DNA of 60,289 bases, counting the filler. It is 4 parts of 4 records of this genome, joined end to end, with 100 filler letters (N's around TTAATTAATTAA, not from the genome) between each part and the next. Parts side by side here need not be neighbours in the genome. Positions count along the whole stretch, not along the records: positions 1 to 23,859 come from SRR31156797_8986; positions 23,960 to 36,075 come from SRR31156797_8987; 2 more parts are not named here. One strand, given 5' to 3'. The stretch's first letter is position 1, and each line of letters starts with the position of its first letter. A model generated the notes under the pieces. That model searched no databases, was not told the DNA's origin, and saw only the letters and a program-made list of their open reading frames with translations. Both the position numbers and the translations under genes were made by a program. This document shows positions 20,066-31,406 of this stretch, piece after piece.

Positions 20066-23000
20066 CTAAATATCCTGCCAGGAGATTAGCAGTTCAACTT
20101 TGGTTCCAGCAGGTAAGCCTGAACGATCCTTAAGGTCAGTAACTTTTACGTTGTATCTATCTGATTTCCCGCTATTCAGAATTTCAAGCCGTTCCTTGGT
20201 GATCATCATTCCGCGGGATTTCGTATCAAGTCCGCTGGCATGTTTTATTTCCATGGCTTTCTGGCGGCCAACCCCATCATCAGTAATGGTGCAAAGAAGC
20301 GTGGTTTTTCGTTTGCTGAATTCAATTTTAATCAAACCTTTGCCTTTTTTATGCACCAACCCGTGGATGATAGAATTCTCCACATAGGGCTGGATAATCA
20401 TAGGAGGGATACCCGTAAATTCTTCGTCAATTTCATCATCTACATGAATTTGATAACCAAATTTATTATCGAATCGCAACATTTCTATTTCGATGTAATG
20501 CCTAACAGCTTTTATTTCATCGTTGAGCGGAATAATGGATTCGCGGGAATTTGCCAGAATAAGCCGCATCAGTTGGGAAAAACGGCTTAAATAGCTAACT
20601 GCCAGGTCAATATCTTTTGAAAGAATAAAGCTCTGAATAGAGTTGAGTGAATTAAAAATAAAGTGCGGATTCATTTGTAACCTGAGCGCCTTCTGCTGTA
20701 TTTCAAATAGCTGCTTCTCGATTTTCAGTACTTTCTTTTCCATTTCATGCTTCCGCCTGATGCGTCTTACCCTGGAATAAATCACGAACCAAATCAGGAA
20801 AATTATAAAGAGAATCAGCGCAACCCGAAATAATATTGTTTTGTACCAGGGTGCTTTTACAATGATGGTAAGCGAAACGCCCTCCATATTCCAGATGCCG
20901 TTGTTATTTGCACCAATCACCCTGAAAGTGTACTTTCCGGGCGAAACATTTGTGTATTCAGCAAAATGCCTCCGCCCGTCAACATTGGTCCAATCGTGGC
21001 TGTAATTTTCGAGCATGTAGGCATATTTACTGCGCAGTGCATTGGTGTAATCCAGTGAGGAAAATTCAAATGAAAAGAAATTTTCTTCGTATGCCAAAAT
21101 GATGGTATCGCCATCGAGCAACTGCCCTGGCTGCGGTCTATTAAACTTTTTAAATGATGTTATTACGATTTCGGGCTTGTTGGGATTTAATTGAATATCC
21201 TCAGGCTTAAAAACATTAAAACCTTTCATACCACCAAAAAACATATCGCCTGAATCAATCCGCAAATATGCACCTGCGTTAAACTCATTACTCTGCAGGC
21301 CGTCTGTTACATCATAATTGATGAATGATTCGTTGGCCTTATCAAACATAGAAATCCCCCAGTTGGTGCTCATCCAGAGGTTGCCTCTTTCATCTTCGAG
21401 TATACCATAAACTACATTGTTTGGCAAGCCATCATCCATGGTATAGGATTTAAAAGTTCCATCCTGCTTGTTAAACACTTCAAGGCCGCCTCCACGTGTG
21501 CCTACCCAGAAATTTCCATCAGCATCTTCAAAAAGGCAAAAAAGTCTGTCGCTTGAAACTTTATTTTTGCTATGCCAAATATTTTTGTAGGAAATGAAGG
21601 CATCTGCTTCGGGGTGGTATTTGTTCAATCCGTTAATTGTGGCAATCCACAGGGTTCCATCCCGGTCTTCCATAAAATCGTAAATGGTATTGCTGGAAAT
21701 GCTTGTAGGATTATCAGGATTGTGTTTATAAACCCTGATCTGATGCGTTTCTGGATCAATTGTATTCAGCCCGCCGTCAGTCCCCACCCAGATCAACCCA
21801 TTTTTATCTTCAAAAATGCTTAAAATGTAATTGGCGCAAATGCTGTTACGGTATTGAATAGATGGCTTGAAAGTATGGATTTTACCGGTCTTGGGATCCA
21901 GTTTATTCAGGCCGGCGTCACGTGTTCCTATCCAAACATAACCATTCGAATCCTTGAGTAACGATCGCACCCTGTTGCTGGAAAGCTTTCCTTCACCTGA
22001 AAAATAATCGGATAACTGGCTAAGCTTCCGGGTATTGATATTATAAACACTTATTCCCCGATCAGTTCCTATCCAAATCAGGTGTGGCCGATATTGCATA
22101 AATGTCCACACAAAACTACCCCGAAGGTTTTCTGCACTTCCATCCAGATTTGAATACATATTAAAATGGGGTTTGAACTTATCCCAAATACGCACACCAT
22201 TAAACGTTCCGAACCATACATTTCCCTGAGTATCCTCTTTTATGGTATAAACACGGTTTTTACTTGCTCCTTCGATCCTGGTGCCTTGCTGATCCACGCG
22301 GACAAACGTCATGCTGTCAGGGTTTAGCAGGTTTAATCCTCCGCCATCGGTTCCAATCCAAAAGTTACCTGAATCATCTTCAAAAAGGCACTCCACAAAA
22401 TTGTGGCTCAGGCTGTTGGGATCGGCCGGATCATGTCTGAAAACCCGGAATGTATTATTTTTCCTGTTCAACAGGCTTAATCCATTTTCGGTTCCAATCC
22501 AAATGCGTTTTTTATGATCTTCATAAACTACCCGTACACGATTATCGCTAAGGCTGTTGGGATCGGCAGGCCGGTTAAGATGACGGATATTTTCGCGGGT
22601 CACCGGATTATATTCGATGAGCCCAAAATTACTCGCCAGCCAGTAATAATTATCACTTGAGATCATTGCGTGATTAAAATTATTACCACGAGTAGCCCTT
22701 TGTCCGGATTCACGATTTTGGAAACGAAGTGCCTTGTATGTTTCCAGGTCGAAAAGATTAAGCCCTTTATCGGTACAAACTATCAGGCGACCGGGTTTAT
22801 CATGTAGCAGGTAGTTGATGTGATTACTGCTAATACTTGTACTATCGTCAGCTTTGTTTCTGAAAACCGTAAAAGTTCCTGTTCCGGGATCGAAGCAATT
22901 CAGCCCATCGTCAGTGCCTATCCAGATATCGCCATCAAGCGTCTGAACCAGGCTATTCACGGTTTCGTTGCTCAATCCGTCCTTCCGGTCATAGGTAACA

Positions 23001-23236
23001 AAATTGTACCCATCATATTTATTTAACCCGTCCCAGGTTCCAAACCACATGTATCCATGAGTATCCTGAAGGATAGCATAAACCGTATTGGCAGATAATC
23101 CTTTTTGCAAAATTGGATTTTCGGAGGTAATGGCCTCAAAATTGAAACCCTTCTCAACCTGCGCACCTGCCGGCAAAAAAGCAAGGATGACAATGATAAA
23201 AAAGAAATTGCTGGTGTACCGTAAATAATTTTTCAA
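20066..23236 (-). CDS. LytS-type sensor histidine kinase with periplasmic beta-propeller (Reg_prop) and Y_Y_Y domains
   Basis: Repeated LS.N.V..I.ED..G.LWIGT..GL blades, YAYMLE..YTNVSPGKYTFRV, TM helix, LRLQMNPHFIFNSLNSI, IQPYVENSIIHG, DDGVG. Confidence 0.92.
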   Translation of the reverse strand: MKNYLRYTSNFFFIIVILAFLPAGAQVEKGFNFEAITSENPILQKGLSANTVYAILQDTHGYMWFGTWDGLNKYDGYNFVTYDRKDGLSNETVNSLVQTLDGDIWIGTDDGLNCFDPGTGTFTVFRNKADDSTSISSNHINYLLHDKPGRLIVCTDKGLNLFDLETYKALRFQNRESGQRATRGNNFNHAMISSDNYYWLASNFGLIEYNPVTRENIRHLNRPADPNSLSDNRVRVVYEDHKKRIWIGTENGLSLLNRKNNTFRVFRHDPADPNSLSHNFVECLFEDDSGNFWIGTDGGGLNLLNPDSMTFVRVDQQGTRIEGASKNRVYTIKEDTQGNVWFGTFNGVRIWDKFKPHFNMYSNLDGSAENLRGSFVWTFMQYRPHLIWIGTDRGISVYNINTRKLSQLSDYFSGEGKLSSNRVRSLLKDSNGYVWIGTRDAGLNKLDPKTGKIHTFKPSIQYRNSICANYILSIFEDKNGLIWVGTDGGLNTIDPETHQIRVYKHNPDNPTSISSNTIYDFMEDRDGTLWIATINGLNKYHPEADAFISYKNIWHSKNKVSSDRLFCLFEDADGNFWVGTRGGGLEVFNKQDGTFKSYTMDDGLPNNVVYGILEDERGNLWMSTNWGISMFDKANESFINYDVTDGLQSNEFNAGAYLRIDSGDMFFGGMKGFNVFKPEDIQLNPNKPEIVITSFKKFNRPQPGQLLDGDTIILAYEENFFSFEFSSLDYTNALRSKYAYMLENYSHDWTNVDGRRHFAEYTNVSPGKYTFRVIGANNNGIWNMEGVSLTIIVKAPWYKTILFRVALILFIIFLIWFVIYSRVRRIRRKHEMEKKVLKIEKQLFEIQQKALRLQMNPHFIFNSLNSIQSFILSKDIDLAVSYLSRFSQLMRLILANSRESIIPLNDEIKAVRHYIEIEMLRFDNKFGYQIHVDDEIDEEFTGIPPMIIQPYVENSIIHGLVHKKGKGLIKIEFSKRKTTLLCTITDDGVGRQKAMEIKHASGLDTKSRGMMITKERLEILNSGKSDRYNVKVTDLKDRSGLPAGTKVELLISWQDI

Positions 23237-23348
23237 TATCGTAAAGTTTAGTCAAAAGTACACTAATCCGGATTTTGATTTAGAACTTAAGCAATAAAAT
23301 ATACCCGAACGACTGCCGTTAAAGTATGGCTTACCAAAATTTTAGTGT

Positions 23349-23819
23349 ATGCTTTTGAAAACGAAACTACTTGCAGCATTATTTTTCCTGATTGTTTCAG
23401 GCCTGATAATCCTAAGTTCATGTGGTAATGATGATCCACCAATTGAGGTTGGATATGTTAACTTCCAGATTTATCCCAACTCTACCGAATATATCCAATT
23501 AAACAGTGTTGGCGGTTGGGCTTATGTAACAGCCCGCGATCCGAGCCGTGGTGTAATTATTTACCGAAGGTCGATCAACGAATTCATGGCCTACGAGAGG
23601 ACCCCAACATACAAGCCTGACAGTTGCTGCATTGTTGATGGTGACCTTTTTCAATGTACAAGACTTATCGTGGACGAAACCATTACCTTTGCTGTGGACA
23701 CCTGTTCAGGCACCAAATATCTATTGCTGGACGGAACCGTAATTGAAGGCCCCGCCACCTACCCAATGGTGCAGTACAACACCCAGTATGACGGCGATGT
23801 ACTCTATGTATACAACTAA
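23349..23819 (+). CDS. Lipoprotein with Rieske/ferredoxin-like fold (degenerate ligands)
   Basis: Lipobox ILSSC; GVIIYR..FMAYERT..TCSGTKY.LLDG..GPATYPM..Y. Confidence 0.55.
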   Translation: MLLKTKLLAALFFLIVSGLIILSSCGNDDPPIEVGYVNFQIYPNSTEYIQLNSVGGWAYVTARDPSRGVIIYRRSINEFMAYERTPTYKPDSCCIVDGDLFQCTRLIVDETITFAVDTCSGTKYLLLDGTVIEGPATYPMVQYNTQYDGDVLYVYN

Positions 23820-23831
23820 TCGAACATCAAT

Positions 23832-23859
23832 AAAAAAAGGCTGATACAAATTTGTATCA
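23832..23859. terminator. Terminator hairpin truncated by contig end
   Basis: AAAAAAAGGCTGATACAAATTTGTATCA, then N. Confidence 0.5.
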
Positions 23860-23959
23860 NNNNNNNNNNNNNNNNNNNNNNNNNNNNNNNNNNNNNNNNN
23901 NNNTTAATTAATTAANNNNNNNNNNNNNNNNNNNNNNNNNNNNNNNNNNNNNNNNNNNN
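23860..23959. other. Artificial contig linker
   Basis: 44 N + TTAATTAATTAA (stop-codon spacer) + 44 N. Confidence 0.99.
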
Positions 23960-24326
23960 GTTGATGAAGCTCTGAATCCTGCATCTTGAGGTTACTTGGG
24001 TATATATTTAATCCAGTTATTGAGACGGTAAAAAACTCAGTACAAAGTCACATGATTATGATTCGCTTACTTGAAACCAATTTCATAAATTGTAATGATG
24101 AGTACACTTTGTGTTTATGCTACAACATTGACACATCTACAACCCGAGATATTATTTGCTTAATATATCCACCTCATATATAAGGTCTATAACAAAACTG
24201 AAGTTATAGCCATTTTATTATAGTTTTTTTTAATTAATTACATTATTCTTACAGACATTACATTGTAAGAATAAATATCTCGGTTTATTATTAAACTGTT
24301 TATTATTGAAGTGACAGGATTGAAAG

Positions 24327-24737
24327 ATGTCAGAAATTACCAAAACACTATTAAATATTCGTAGTCTACGTGCATTTTCACGTGAACTTACTTTAGAACA
24401 ACTTGAAGAAGCACTAGATAAATTAACAACTGTTGTTGAAGAACGCCGTGAAGTTGAAGAACAAGAAAAAGCAGCTCTAGCAGAGCAAGAAGCAAAACTC
24501 GCTGCAATTGCTGAGCAAATTGCAAGTGACGGTATCGATGTAGAAGCGCTTATTTCTGCTCTTGCTGGCGAAACAAAGTCTAAATCAAAAGTAAAAGGCA
24601 AGCGTGCTCCACGTCCAGCTAAATATAAATATATGGACAATGGCGTAGAGAAAACTTGGACCGGTCAAGGCCGCACTCCATCGGCCATCCAAAAAGCATT
24701 GGATGAAGGTAAATCTCTAGAAGAGTTTGCTATCTAA
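24327..24737 (+). CDS. hns: Nucleoid-associated protein H-NS
   Basis: TLLNIRSLRAFSRELTLEQLEE..RAPRPAKYKY..TWTGQGRTP, with an AT-rich upstream region. Confidence 0.95.
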   Translation: MSEITKTLLNIRSLRAFSRELTLEQLEEALDKLTTVVEERREVEEQEKAALAEQEAKLAAIAEQIASDGIDVEALISALAGETKSKSKVKGKRAPRPAKYKYMDNGVEKTWTGQGRTPSAIQKALDEGKSLEEFAI

Positions 24738-24752
24738 TATTATTAGCAGTTC

Positions 24753-24783
24753 AAAAAAGGCTCCCGTTCAGGAGCCTTTTTTT
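24753..24783 (+). terminator. Intrinsic terminator after hns (probably bidirectional)
   Basis: AAAAAAGGCTCC-CGTTCA-GGAGCCTTTTTTT. Confidence 0.85.
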
Positions 24784-24867
24784 ATTTTTTGGATCAATGT
24801 CAAACCATAACTTAATAAGAGTAATTACTCGCATTGACTGCAATTATAACACCCCTCTTTAATGTTA

Positions 24868-26172
24868 TTATCGCTCCCAGTAAGCCTCTTCCAAACTATC
24901 TTCGCGTTCCGGCAGACCTCTTGATAAACGAGGCGAATGCTGAGCCAGAACTTCATAACTTACACGGTTAGCATATTTACATACTTGAGAGAACGAGGAG
25001 TAAGTCAGGAAATTATGCTGGTGTTTACTTGAATTAGGCACATTACCTTTATGGTATTTGTTTGCCGCCATATCATGAAGTAAAGCGGATAATGCCGCGT
25101 CACCTGCACCATTAGTATTTTTAATTTTTTCAGGCCCCCCCATATAAGGAGCAATATGAGAGTACACTCTTATTGCATTCTGACAACTGTACCTAGTTGC
25201 TGGGCGACTGAATTCATAACGGTTAAATTCCGGAATAGATCCAGGAAGTAAAGGAAGAGAAGTTTCTCTCTTACTCTCATCTTCTGTATAGCCAGCCATA
25301 AATAACCCAACAGGGCCAGCTGTACATAATACTAAATCAACCCAATCTAGCGTTTTATCTGAAGCGGCTAATGGGTCGTTTTCTCCCGTTAATGCTTCCG
25401 CTTCATCTTCATTCATCGCGACAACAGAAACATGGTCACGTAAAAAGTCTTGCCAATATTTTGGATCATCTTGAATAACAAATTTAGTACCCAGAGTTAA
25501 TACGACAGGAACATCATACTTTTTTGCATACTCAATTGCTCGCATCGTTGCTTCAGGCATTGGATCGCCCTCTTTACAGCGAACCAAATAAGCCGTGAGA
25601 ACTAATGCAGAAGCGTTTTTAAATATTTTTTCTGGAATACTTTCCGGACGAAGTTGATTCATCTGCCCTTCGCTAATAGCAAAAGTACGTTCCCCGTCTT
25701 CAGTAATTAGCGCAAAGCAACGACCGATCGCACCATTGACACCTTGCAGATAATTCAAATCCATACGGCTTGAGGTATTACATAAATATCGATAGCCATA
25801 GCTACCAATTTTAATATCCTGACTCATTACACCCAATAACGTTGAACGGTCATCTGCTAATACAGAATAATTATGAAGTGTGTTACCGATAGTTCCACCA
25901 GCGAACTCATTGGTAATAAGTCCTTTTTGCTGCAACTCAGCATATAAAGCTTCAGCCGTATCATTATCAATCACTAACGAGTGACCTTTGCTCAACCTAA
26001 AACGCTCAATAAGCTCAGAGTCGACTTTCGCTTCAATATCAACCAATGTTTGGTCAATACCAATAATATGAGTACGTGATAACTTCTTACTATCTTGTGA
26101 TTGAATCACTAAAGGATCACGGGCATCGACAGGAAAATAGTGCTTTGACTTACGTTGGCCAGGAAATTTCAT
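24868..26172 (-). CDS. gsk: Inosine/guanosine kinase
   Basis: MKFPGQRKSKHYFPV N-terminus, NTNGAGDAALS PfkB motif, C-terminal EREDSLEEAYWER. Confidence 0.95.
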   Translation of the reverse strand: MKFPGQRKSKHYFPVDARDPLVIQSQDSKKLSRTHIIGIDQTLVDIEAKVDSELIERFRLSKGHSLVIDNDTAEALYAELQQKGLITNEFAGGTIGNTLHNYSVLADDRSTLLGVMSQDIKIGSYGYRYLCNTSSRMDLNYLQGVNGAIGRCFALITEDGERTFAISEGQMNQLRPESIPEKIFKNASALVLTAYLVRCKEGDPMPEATMRAIEYAKKYDVPVVLTLGTKFVIQDDPKYWQDFLRDHVSVVAMNEDEAEALTGENDPLAASDKTLDWVDLVLCTAGPVGLFMAGYTEDESKRETSLPLLPGSIPEFNRYEFSRPATRYSCQNAIRVYSHIAPYMGGPEKIKNTNGAGDAALSALLHDMAANKYHKGNVPNSSKHQHNFLTYSSFSQVCKYANRVSYEVLAQHSPRLSRGLPEREDSLEEAYWER

Positions 26173-26249
26173 AACGGTTATTGAGTGCAAGAGTTGGAAA
26201 GAAGCTGAATTCTACATCGCGCCTATTAAAGCGGCAACTGAACTAATTG

Positions 26250-26265
26250 TAGCAAACGTTTACGT
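26250..26265. promoter_or_regulatory. PurR-box-like site upstream of gsk
   Basis: TAGCAAACGTTTACGT matches the LacI-family PurR core GCAAACGTTT. Confidence 0.55.
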
Positions 26266-26534
26266 GGGTAACTTTTCTTACATTCCGAATATTGACCGGT
26301 TTAATCTCGTATACATCGCACAGCTATGAACTCATTACTCACTTATTTTCACCGCCAAAAGTCCACTTGGCATAAATAAGCTGCAGTTAACCAATGTGCA
26401 TTTCATTTATCCATAAACCCGTTAAGTAAGTGAAACTTTTATCCGATTAGAAGTGTGATAACTGTCTCGGATCTGTCCTCAAAAAACTCTTTCTGTTAGA
26501 ATCCTCGTCCTAGTCAATCAAGTGGTATTAAGTC

Positions 26535-27656
26535 ATGTCAGATAACCGCAACGCAAACAGCCAAAAGAAAGTCATTGTAGGCATGTCAGGTGGCGTTGAT
26601 TCATCCGTTTCAGCATATCTTCTTCAACAGCAAGGCTACCAAGTGGAAGGCCTTTTCATGAAGAACTGGGAAGAAGATGATAACGAAGAATATTGTACAG
26701 CTGCAGAAGATCTTGCTGATGCTCAGGCAGTGTGTGACAAACTTGGTATCTACTTACACACGATTAATTTCGCTGCAGAATATTGGGATAACGTATTCGA
26801 ATATTTCTTAGCTGAATACAAAGCCGGCCGAACACCGAACCCAGACATTCTTTGTAACAAAGAAATCAAGTTCAAAGCGTTTCTTGAATTTGCTGATGAA
26901 GTGCTCGATGCAGACTACATTGCGATGGGTCACTATGTTCGTCGTACATTCGTCGAAGGCGATGAAAAGCCACAAATGCTGCGTGGTTTGGACAACAACA
27001 AAGACCAAAGCTATTTCTTATATACACTAAGCCACGAGCAAGTTGCGCGTAGCCTGTTTCCTGTTGGTGATCTGGAAAAACCCGAAGTTCGTCGTATCGC
27101 TGAAGAGCAAGGCTTAATCACCGCGAAGAAAAAAGATTCTACCGGCATCTGTTTTATCGGTGAGCGCAAATTTACAGATTTCTTATCTCGCTATTTACCG
27201 GCTCAACCGGGTAAAATCGAGACTCCTGAAGGTAAAGTCATTGGCGAACACCAAGGTTTGATGTATCACACTTTAGGTCAGCGTAAAGGCCTACACATCG
27301 GCGGCCAAAAAGGCGGCGGTGGTAACGAAGACCCTTGGTACGTAGCGGAAAAAGATCTTAAGCGTAATGTTCTGATTGCAGTTCAAGGTGCGGATCATCC
27401 TCTATTAAAGTCTCACGGTTTAATGGCATCACAGCTTCACTGGGTCGACAGAACACCAGTGAAGGAGGCATTCCGTTGTTCAGTGAAGACTCGCTACCGT
27501 CAAACTGACATCCCTTGTACGGTTATCCCAGTCGATGATAACAACATCAAAGTGATGTTCGATGACCCACAAGTGGCGGTTACCCCAGGACAATCAGCCG
27601 TATTCTATCAAGGCGACGTGTGTCTTGGTGGCGGTATTATCGAACAACGTATTTAA
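26535..27656 (+). CDS. mnmA: tRNA-specific 2-thiouridylase MnmA
   Basis: [56 protein letters not shown]. Confidence 0.97.
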   Translation: MSDNRNANSQKKVIVGMSGGVDSSVSAYLLQQQGYQVEGLFMKNWEEDDNEEYCTAAEDLADAQAVCDKLGIYLHTINFAAEYWDNVFEYFLAEYKAGRTPNPDILCNKEIKFKAFLEFADEVLDADYIAMGHYVRRTFVEGDEKPQMLRGLDNNKDQSYFLYTLSHEQVARSLFPVGDLEKPEVRRIAEEQGLITAKKKDSTGICFIGERKFTDFLSRYLPAQPGKIETPEGKVIGEHQGLMYHTLGQRKGLHIGGQKGGGGNEDPWYVAEKDLKRNVLIAVQGADHPLLKSHGLMASQLHWVDRTPVKEAFRCSVKTRYRQTDIPCTVIPVDDNNIKVMFDDPQVAVTPGQSAVFYQGDVCLGGGIIEQRI

Positions 27657-27666
27657 GGAGTATTAC

Positions 27667-28284
27667 GTGGCTAACACAATTTATGACCGTACAATTGCAT
27701 TTGCAGGGATTTGCCAAGCAGTAGCCTTGGTACAACAAGTAGCAAAAGACGGTTACTGTGATTCAGACGCGTTTGAAGCTTCACTGCGTGCCATTCTCGC
27801 GACAAATCCAAGCAATACACTTAACGTATTTGGTAACGAAGCAAACTTAAAACTTGGCTTAGAGTGTTTAGTTAATGGTATCGATAGCACGCCGACAGGC
27901 AGTGCCATTACTCGCTATATTATTAGTTTATTAGCTCTCGAGCGTAAGCTCATGAGTCGTCGTGATGCGATGTCTCAGCTAGGTGACCGAATTCAAATGG
28001 TTGAGCGTCAAGTTGAGCACTTCGACTTACTCGACGAACAGATGATAAGTAATCTGGCCAGTATTTACTTGGATGTTATCAGCCCTATCGGCCCGCGTAT
28101 TCAAGTCGCAGGTACGCCTGAAGTATTACAACAAACCTCTAACCAACAAAAAGTACGAGCTTTACTGCTGTCAGGTATTCGTAGTGCCGTACTATGGCGC
28201 CAAGTCGGTGGTCGACGACTGCACCTAGTATTTGGCCGCAAAAAGATGGTAGAACAAGCTAAGATTTTATTAGCTAGAATGTAA
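27667..28284 (+). CDS. hflD: High frequency lysogenization protein HflD
   Basis: GTG start after [47 protein letters not shown]. mnmA-hflD-purB synteny. Confidence 0.93.
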   Translation: MANTIYDRTIAFAGICQAVALVQQVAKDGYCDSDAFEASLRAILATNPSNTLNVFGNEANLKLGLECLVNGIDSTPTGSAITRYIISLLALERKLMSRRDAMSQLGDRIQMVERQVEHFDLLDEQMISNLASIYLDVISPIGPRIQVAGTPEVLQQTSNQQKVRALLLSGIRSAVLWRQVGGRRLHLVFGRKKMVEQAKILLARM

Positions 28285-28293
28285 AGAATACTC

Positions 28294-28323
28294 CAGCTCG
28301 CGAATCCGCGAGCTGATTCTTTT
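28294..28323 (+). terminator. Terminator-like hairpin after hflD
   Basis: CAGCTCGCG-AATC-CGCGAGCTG followed by ATTCTTTT. Confidence 0.55.
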
Positions 28324-28339
28324 GATCAGTATAAAAATG

Positions 28340-28355
28340 GCGCAAACGTTTGCGC
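28340..28355. promoter_or_regulatory. PurR box upstream of purB
   Basis: Perfect palindrome GCGCAAACGTTTGCGC about 77 nt before purB. Confidence 0.8.
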
Positions 28356-28408
28356 AATATTCGTGACAATTGCCAGTGATACTGGTATAAAGCACACGAA
28401 ATTTTTGA

Positions 28409-29803
<1,395 letters not shown>

Positions 29804-29818
29804 TCGTTAGTGATATAG

Positions 29819-29846
29819 AAAAAAGGAGGCAAACGCCTCCTTTTTT
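29819..29846. terminator. Bidirectional terminator between purB and the cfa operon
   Basis: AAAAAAGGAGGC-AAAC-GCCTCCTTTTTT. Confidence 0.85.
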
Positions 29847-30375
29847 ATTGCCTCTCGAAAAACAACGTCACCCGACCGACTTCTATACCGAACTTTTTAA
29901 TCTTAGTGATATTAAACACTCGCGATTCATCTTGCCGGTACAACCAGTCATCAAATGTCACCTCAATCTCACCATCATCGGTTTTTAATACAAAATCATA
30001 CTGCCACTGCAAGGCGTTACCGATTTCTTGCCCCTTTGCTTCACCAATCACATCATCGGCTATTCCGATATATTGATTGTCTTCAGTTCGGGTTATGGTC
30101 CAAATTCGTTGGCTTTTTTCACCATCATCAAACACGAAGTCCTCTACTAAAGTAAGCGTGTCTTTATCGACACTGCCCTGTATGGCAACTTCAAAGCGCC
30201 TAGTTTGCTTATCACTGTAATCTTGCACCATCCCCCAAGCCATTGTTGTTCCCTGAAAATACTCAAACAAGTCAAACTTAGGTGTGCTTTGTCGATAATC
30301 AGAAAGTTCAGCACTACACGCAGAAAGTATGAAGAGTGATGAAATCACTAAATATCGTTTCACGTTTTCAATCAT
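29845..30375 (-). CDS. DUF3833-family lipoprotein
   Basis: Lipobox LSAC. FDLFEYFQG..AWGMVQD, L.EDFVFDDGE..R.W, FDDWLY, KFGIEVG. ATG overlaps the upstream TGA. Confidence 0.8.
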   Translation of the reverse strand: MIENVKRYLVISSLFILSACSAELSDYRQSTPKFDLFEYFQGTTMAWGMVQDYSDKQTRRFEVAIQGSVDKDTLTLVEDFVFDDGEKSQRIWTITRTEDNQYIGIADDVIGEAKGQEIGNALQWQYDFVLKTDDGEIEVTFDDWLYRQDESRVFNITKIKKFGIEVGRVTLFFERQ

Positions 30376-30929
30376 CGGTTCATCCCTATTAACTGTTGAC
30401 GCAGTTCTTGATACTCGGTTTTGGACGATAACCAAATCGCTAAAAATGCATCATTGAGTCGCTCATCGGTAACGTGGCCTATTTGTTGAGAACTCGCGTC
30501 GGTGGGCCTATAAATAAAGTGCCCGCTTCTACCATCGGTAACGTAAATTAACGCTTCTCCAGTTTTCACACTTGGGAAAATATCACTAAGCTGCAATATC
30601 CAACGATCAATTAACTGTGGGTTGTAACCCAAGTCTAGCCACTGTTCTTCCGTCGCTTTGATTAATTGTTTACTGCTTATGTCGCGCATATATTGAATTT
30701 CTAACGCCATCGGATGAGGCGTAATATCCTCGTCCTGAACATACTCTCCACTCGGTGAGCGCAGTTGTGACGAGTATATATCCAGCCATAACCAAGAGAG
30801 CGTCGCCTGACCAACAACCGGCCACTGCTGCCACTCTTCATTGTGTGTACTGGTCACTTCAGCAGCACTAACTTTTGTTGCCAGTAGAAGTGCTAATGTC
30901 GCCAGTATCATTCGAACCTGAATCTTCAT
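30372..30929 (-). CDS. Chalcone-isomerase-like (fatty-acid-binding) exported protein
   Basis: Signal peptide; VGQATLSWLWLDIY, LEIQYMRDI, IFPSVKTG, AFLAIWLS..T. Confidence 0.7.
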   Translation of the reverse strand: MKIQVRMILATLALLLATKVSAAEVTSTHNEEWQQWPVVGQATLSWLWLDIYSSQLRSPSGEYVQDEDITPHPMALEIQYMRDISSKQLIKATEEQWLDLGYNPQLIDRWILQLSDIFPSVKTGEALIYVTDGRSGHFIYRPTDASSQQIGHVTDERLNDAFLAIWLSSKTEYQELRQQLIGMNR

Positions 30930-31404
30930 CTGCAAATACCTTCATGATTAACCAACTCATACCACACCACTGCAGACCGAGTATCAGTAGCGTCCAATGT
31001 AAAGGATACGAGAATGCTACCGCTGAAAAGCGGCTTCCCGCCCAATAGCTCAGTGCACCACAAACACCCACAAATAAAACCACAAGCTGTTTATTATATT
31101 TGGCTAAATATGGTGTCCACTGTTTGGCATACCAGATGAAACTTAGCCATAGCAAACCCAACCAGATTGGAATAGAGCCATATTTAAAAACAAGTACTCC
31201 GAATAAGATATTCAGCCCGTCAAGCCCTATACCAGCGACGCCAAGTGCCATGATGCCTTTTACGCTGCGAGCATCCGTTGCTGCGGCATAAAGCAAAGTG
31301 ATTATCCCTAGCAGCAACGTTAACCATTGCCAATCCTCTTGTCCCAGTACAGCAACGAACCAAATAAGCTGAAACCAGAGTGATACCCACAATATCCGGT
31401 TCAC
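30868..31404 (-). CDS. DUF2878-family membrane protein
   Basis: FQLIWF, PIWLGLLW, GALSYWAG; standard position after cfa. Confidence 0.7.
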   Translation of the reverse strand: MNRILWVSLWFQLIWFVAVLGQEDWQWLTLLLGIITLLYAAATDARSVKGIMALGVAGIGLDGLNILFGVLVFKYGSIPIWLGLLWLSFIWYAKQWTPYLAKYNKQLVVLFVGVCGALSYWAGSRFSAVAFSYPLHWTLLILGLQWCGMSWLIMKVFADEDSGSNDTGDISTSTGNKS

Positions 31405-31406
31405 AC

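Noticed and set aside
21300-23100. Internal sequence repeats in the sensor kinase gene (e.g. GGCTGTTGGGATCGGC twice)
   Set aside because: They are explained by beta-propeller blade repeats at the protein level.
23960-23984. Possible 5' end of a divergent gene (MQDSELHQ, minus strand) at the contig edge
   Set aside because: Only 8 codons are visible, which is too little to support a call.
24230-24240. TTAATTAATTA here and ATTAATTAAT near 52197, resembling the linker
   Set aside because: There are no flanking Ns and the 12-mer is incomplete. This is natural AT-rich sequence or a stop codon.
24230-24640. 136-aa ORF antisense to hns
   Set aside because: It mirrors the hns codon pattern, is Ser/Ala-rich, and has no independent support.
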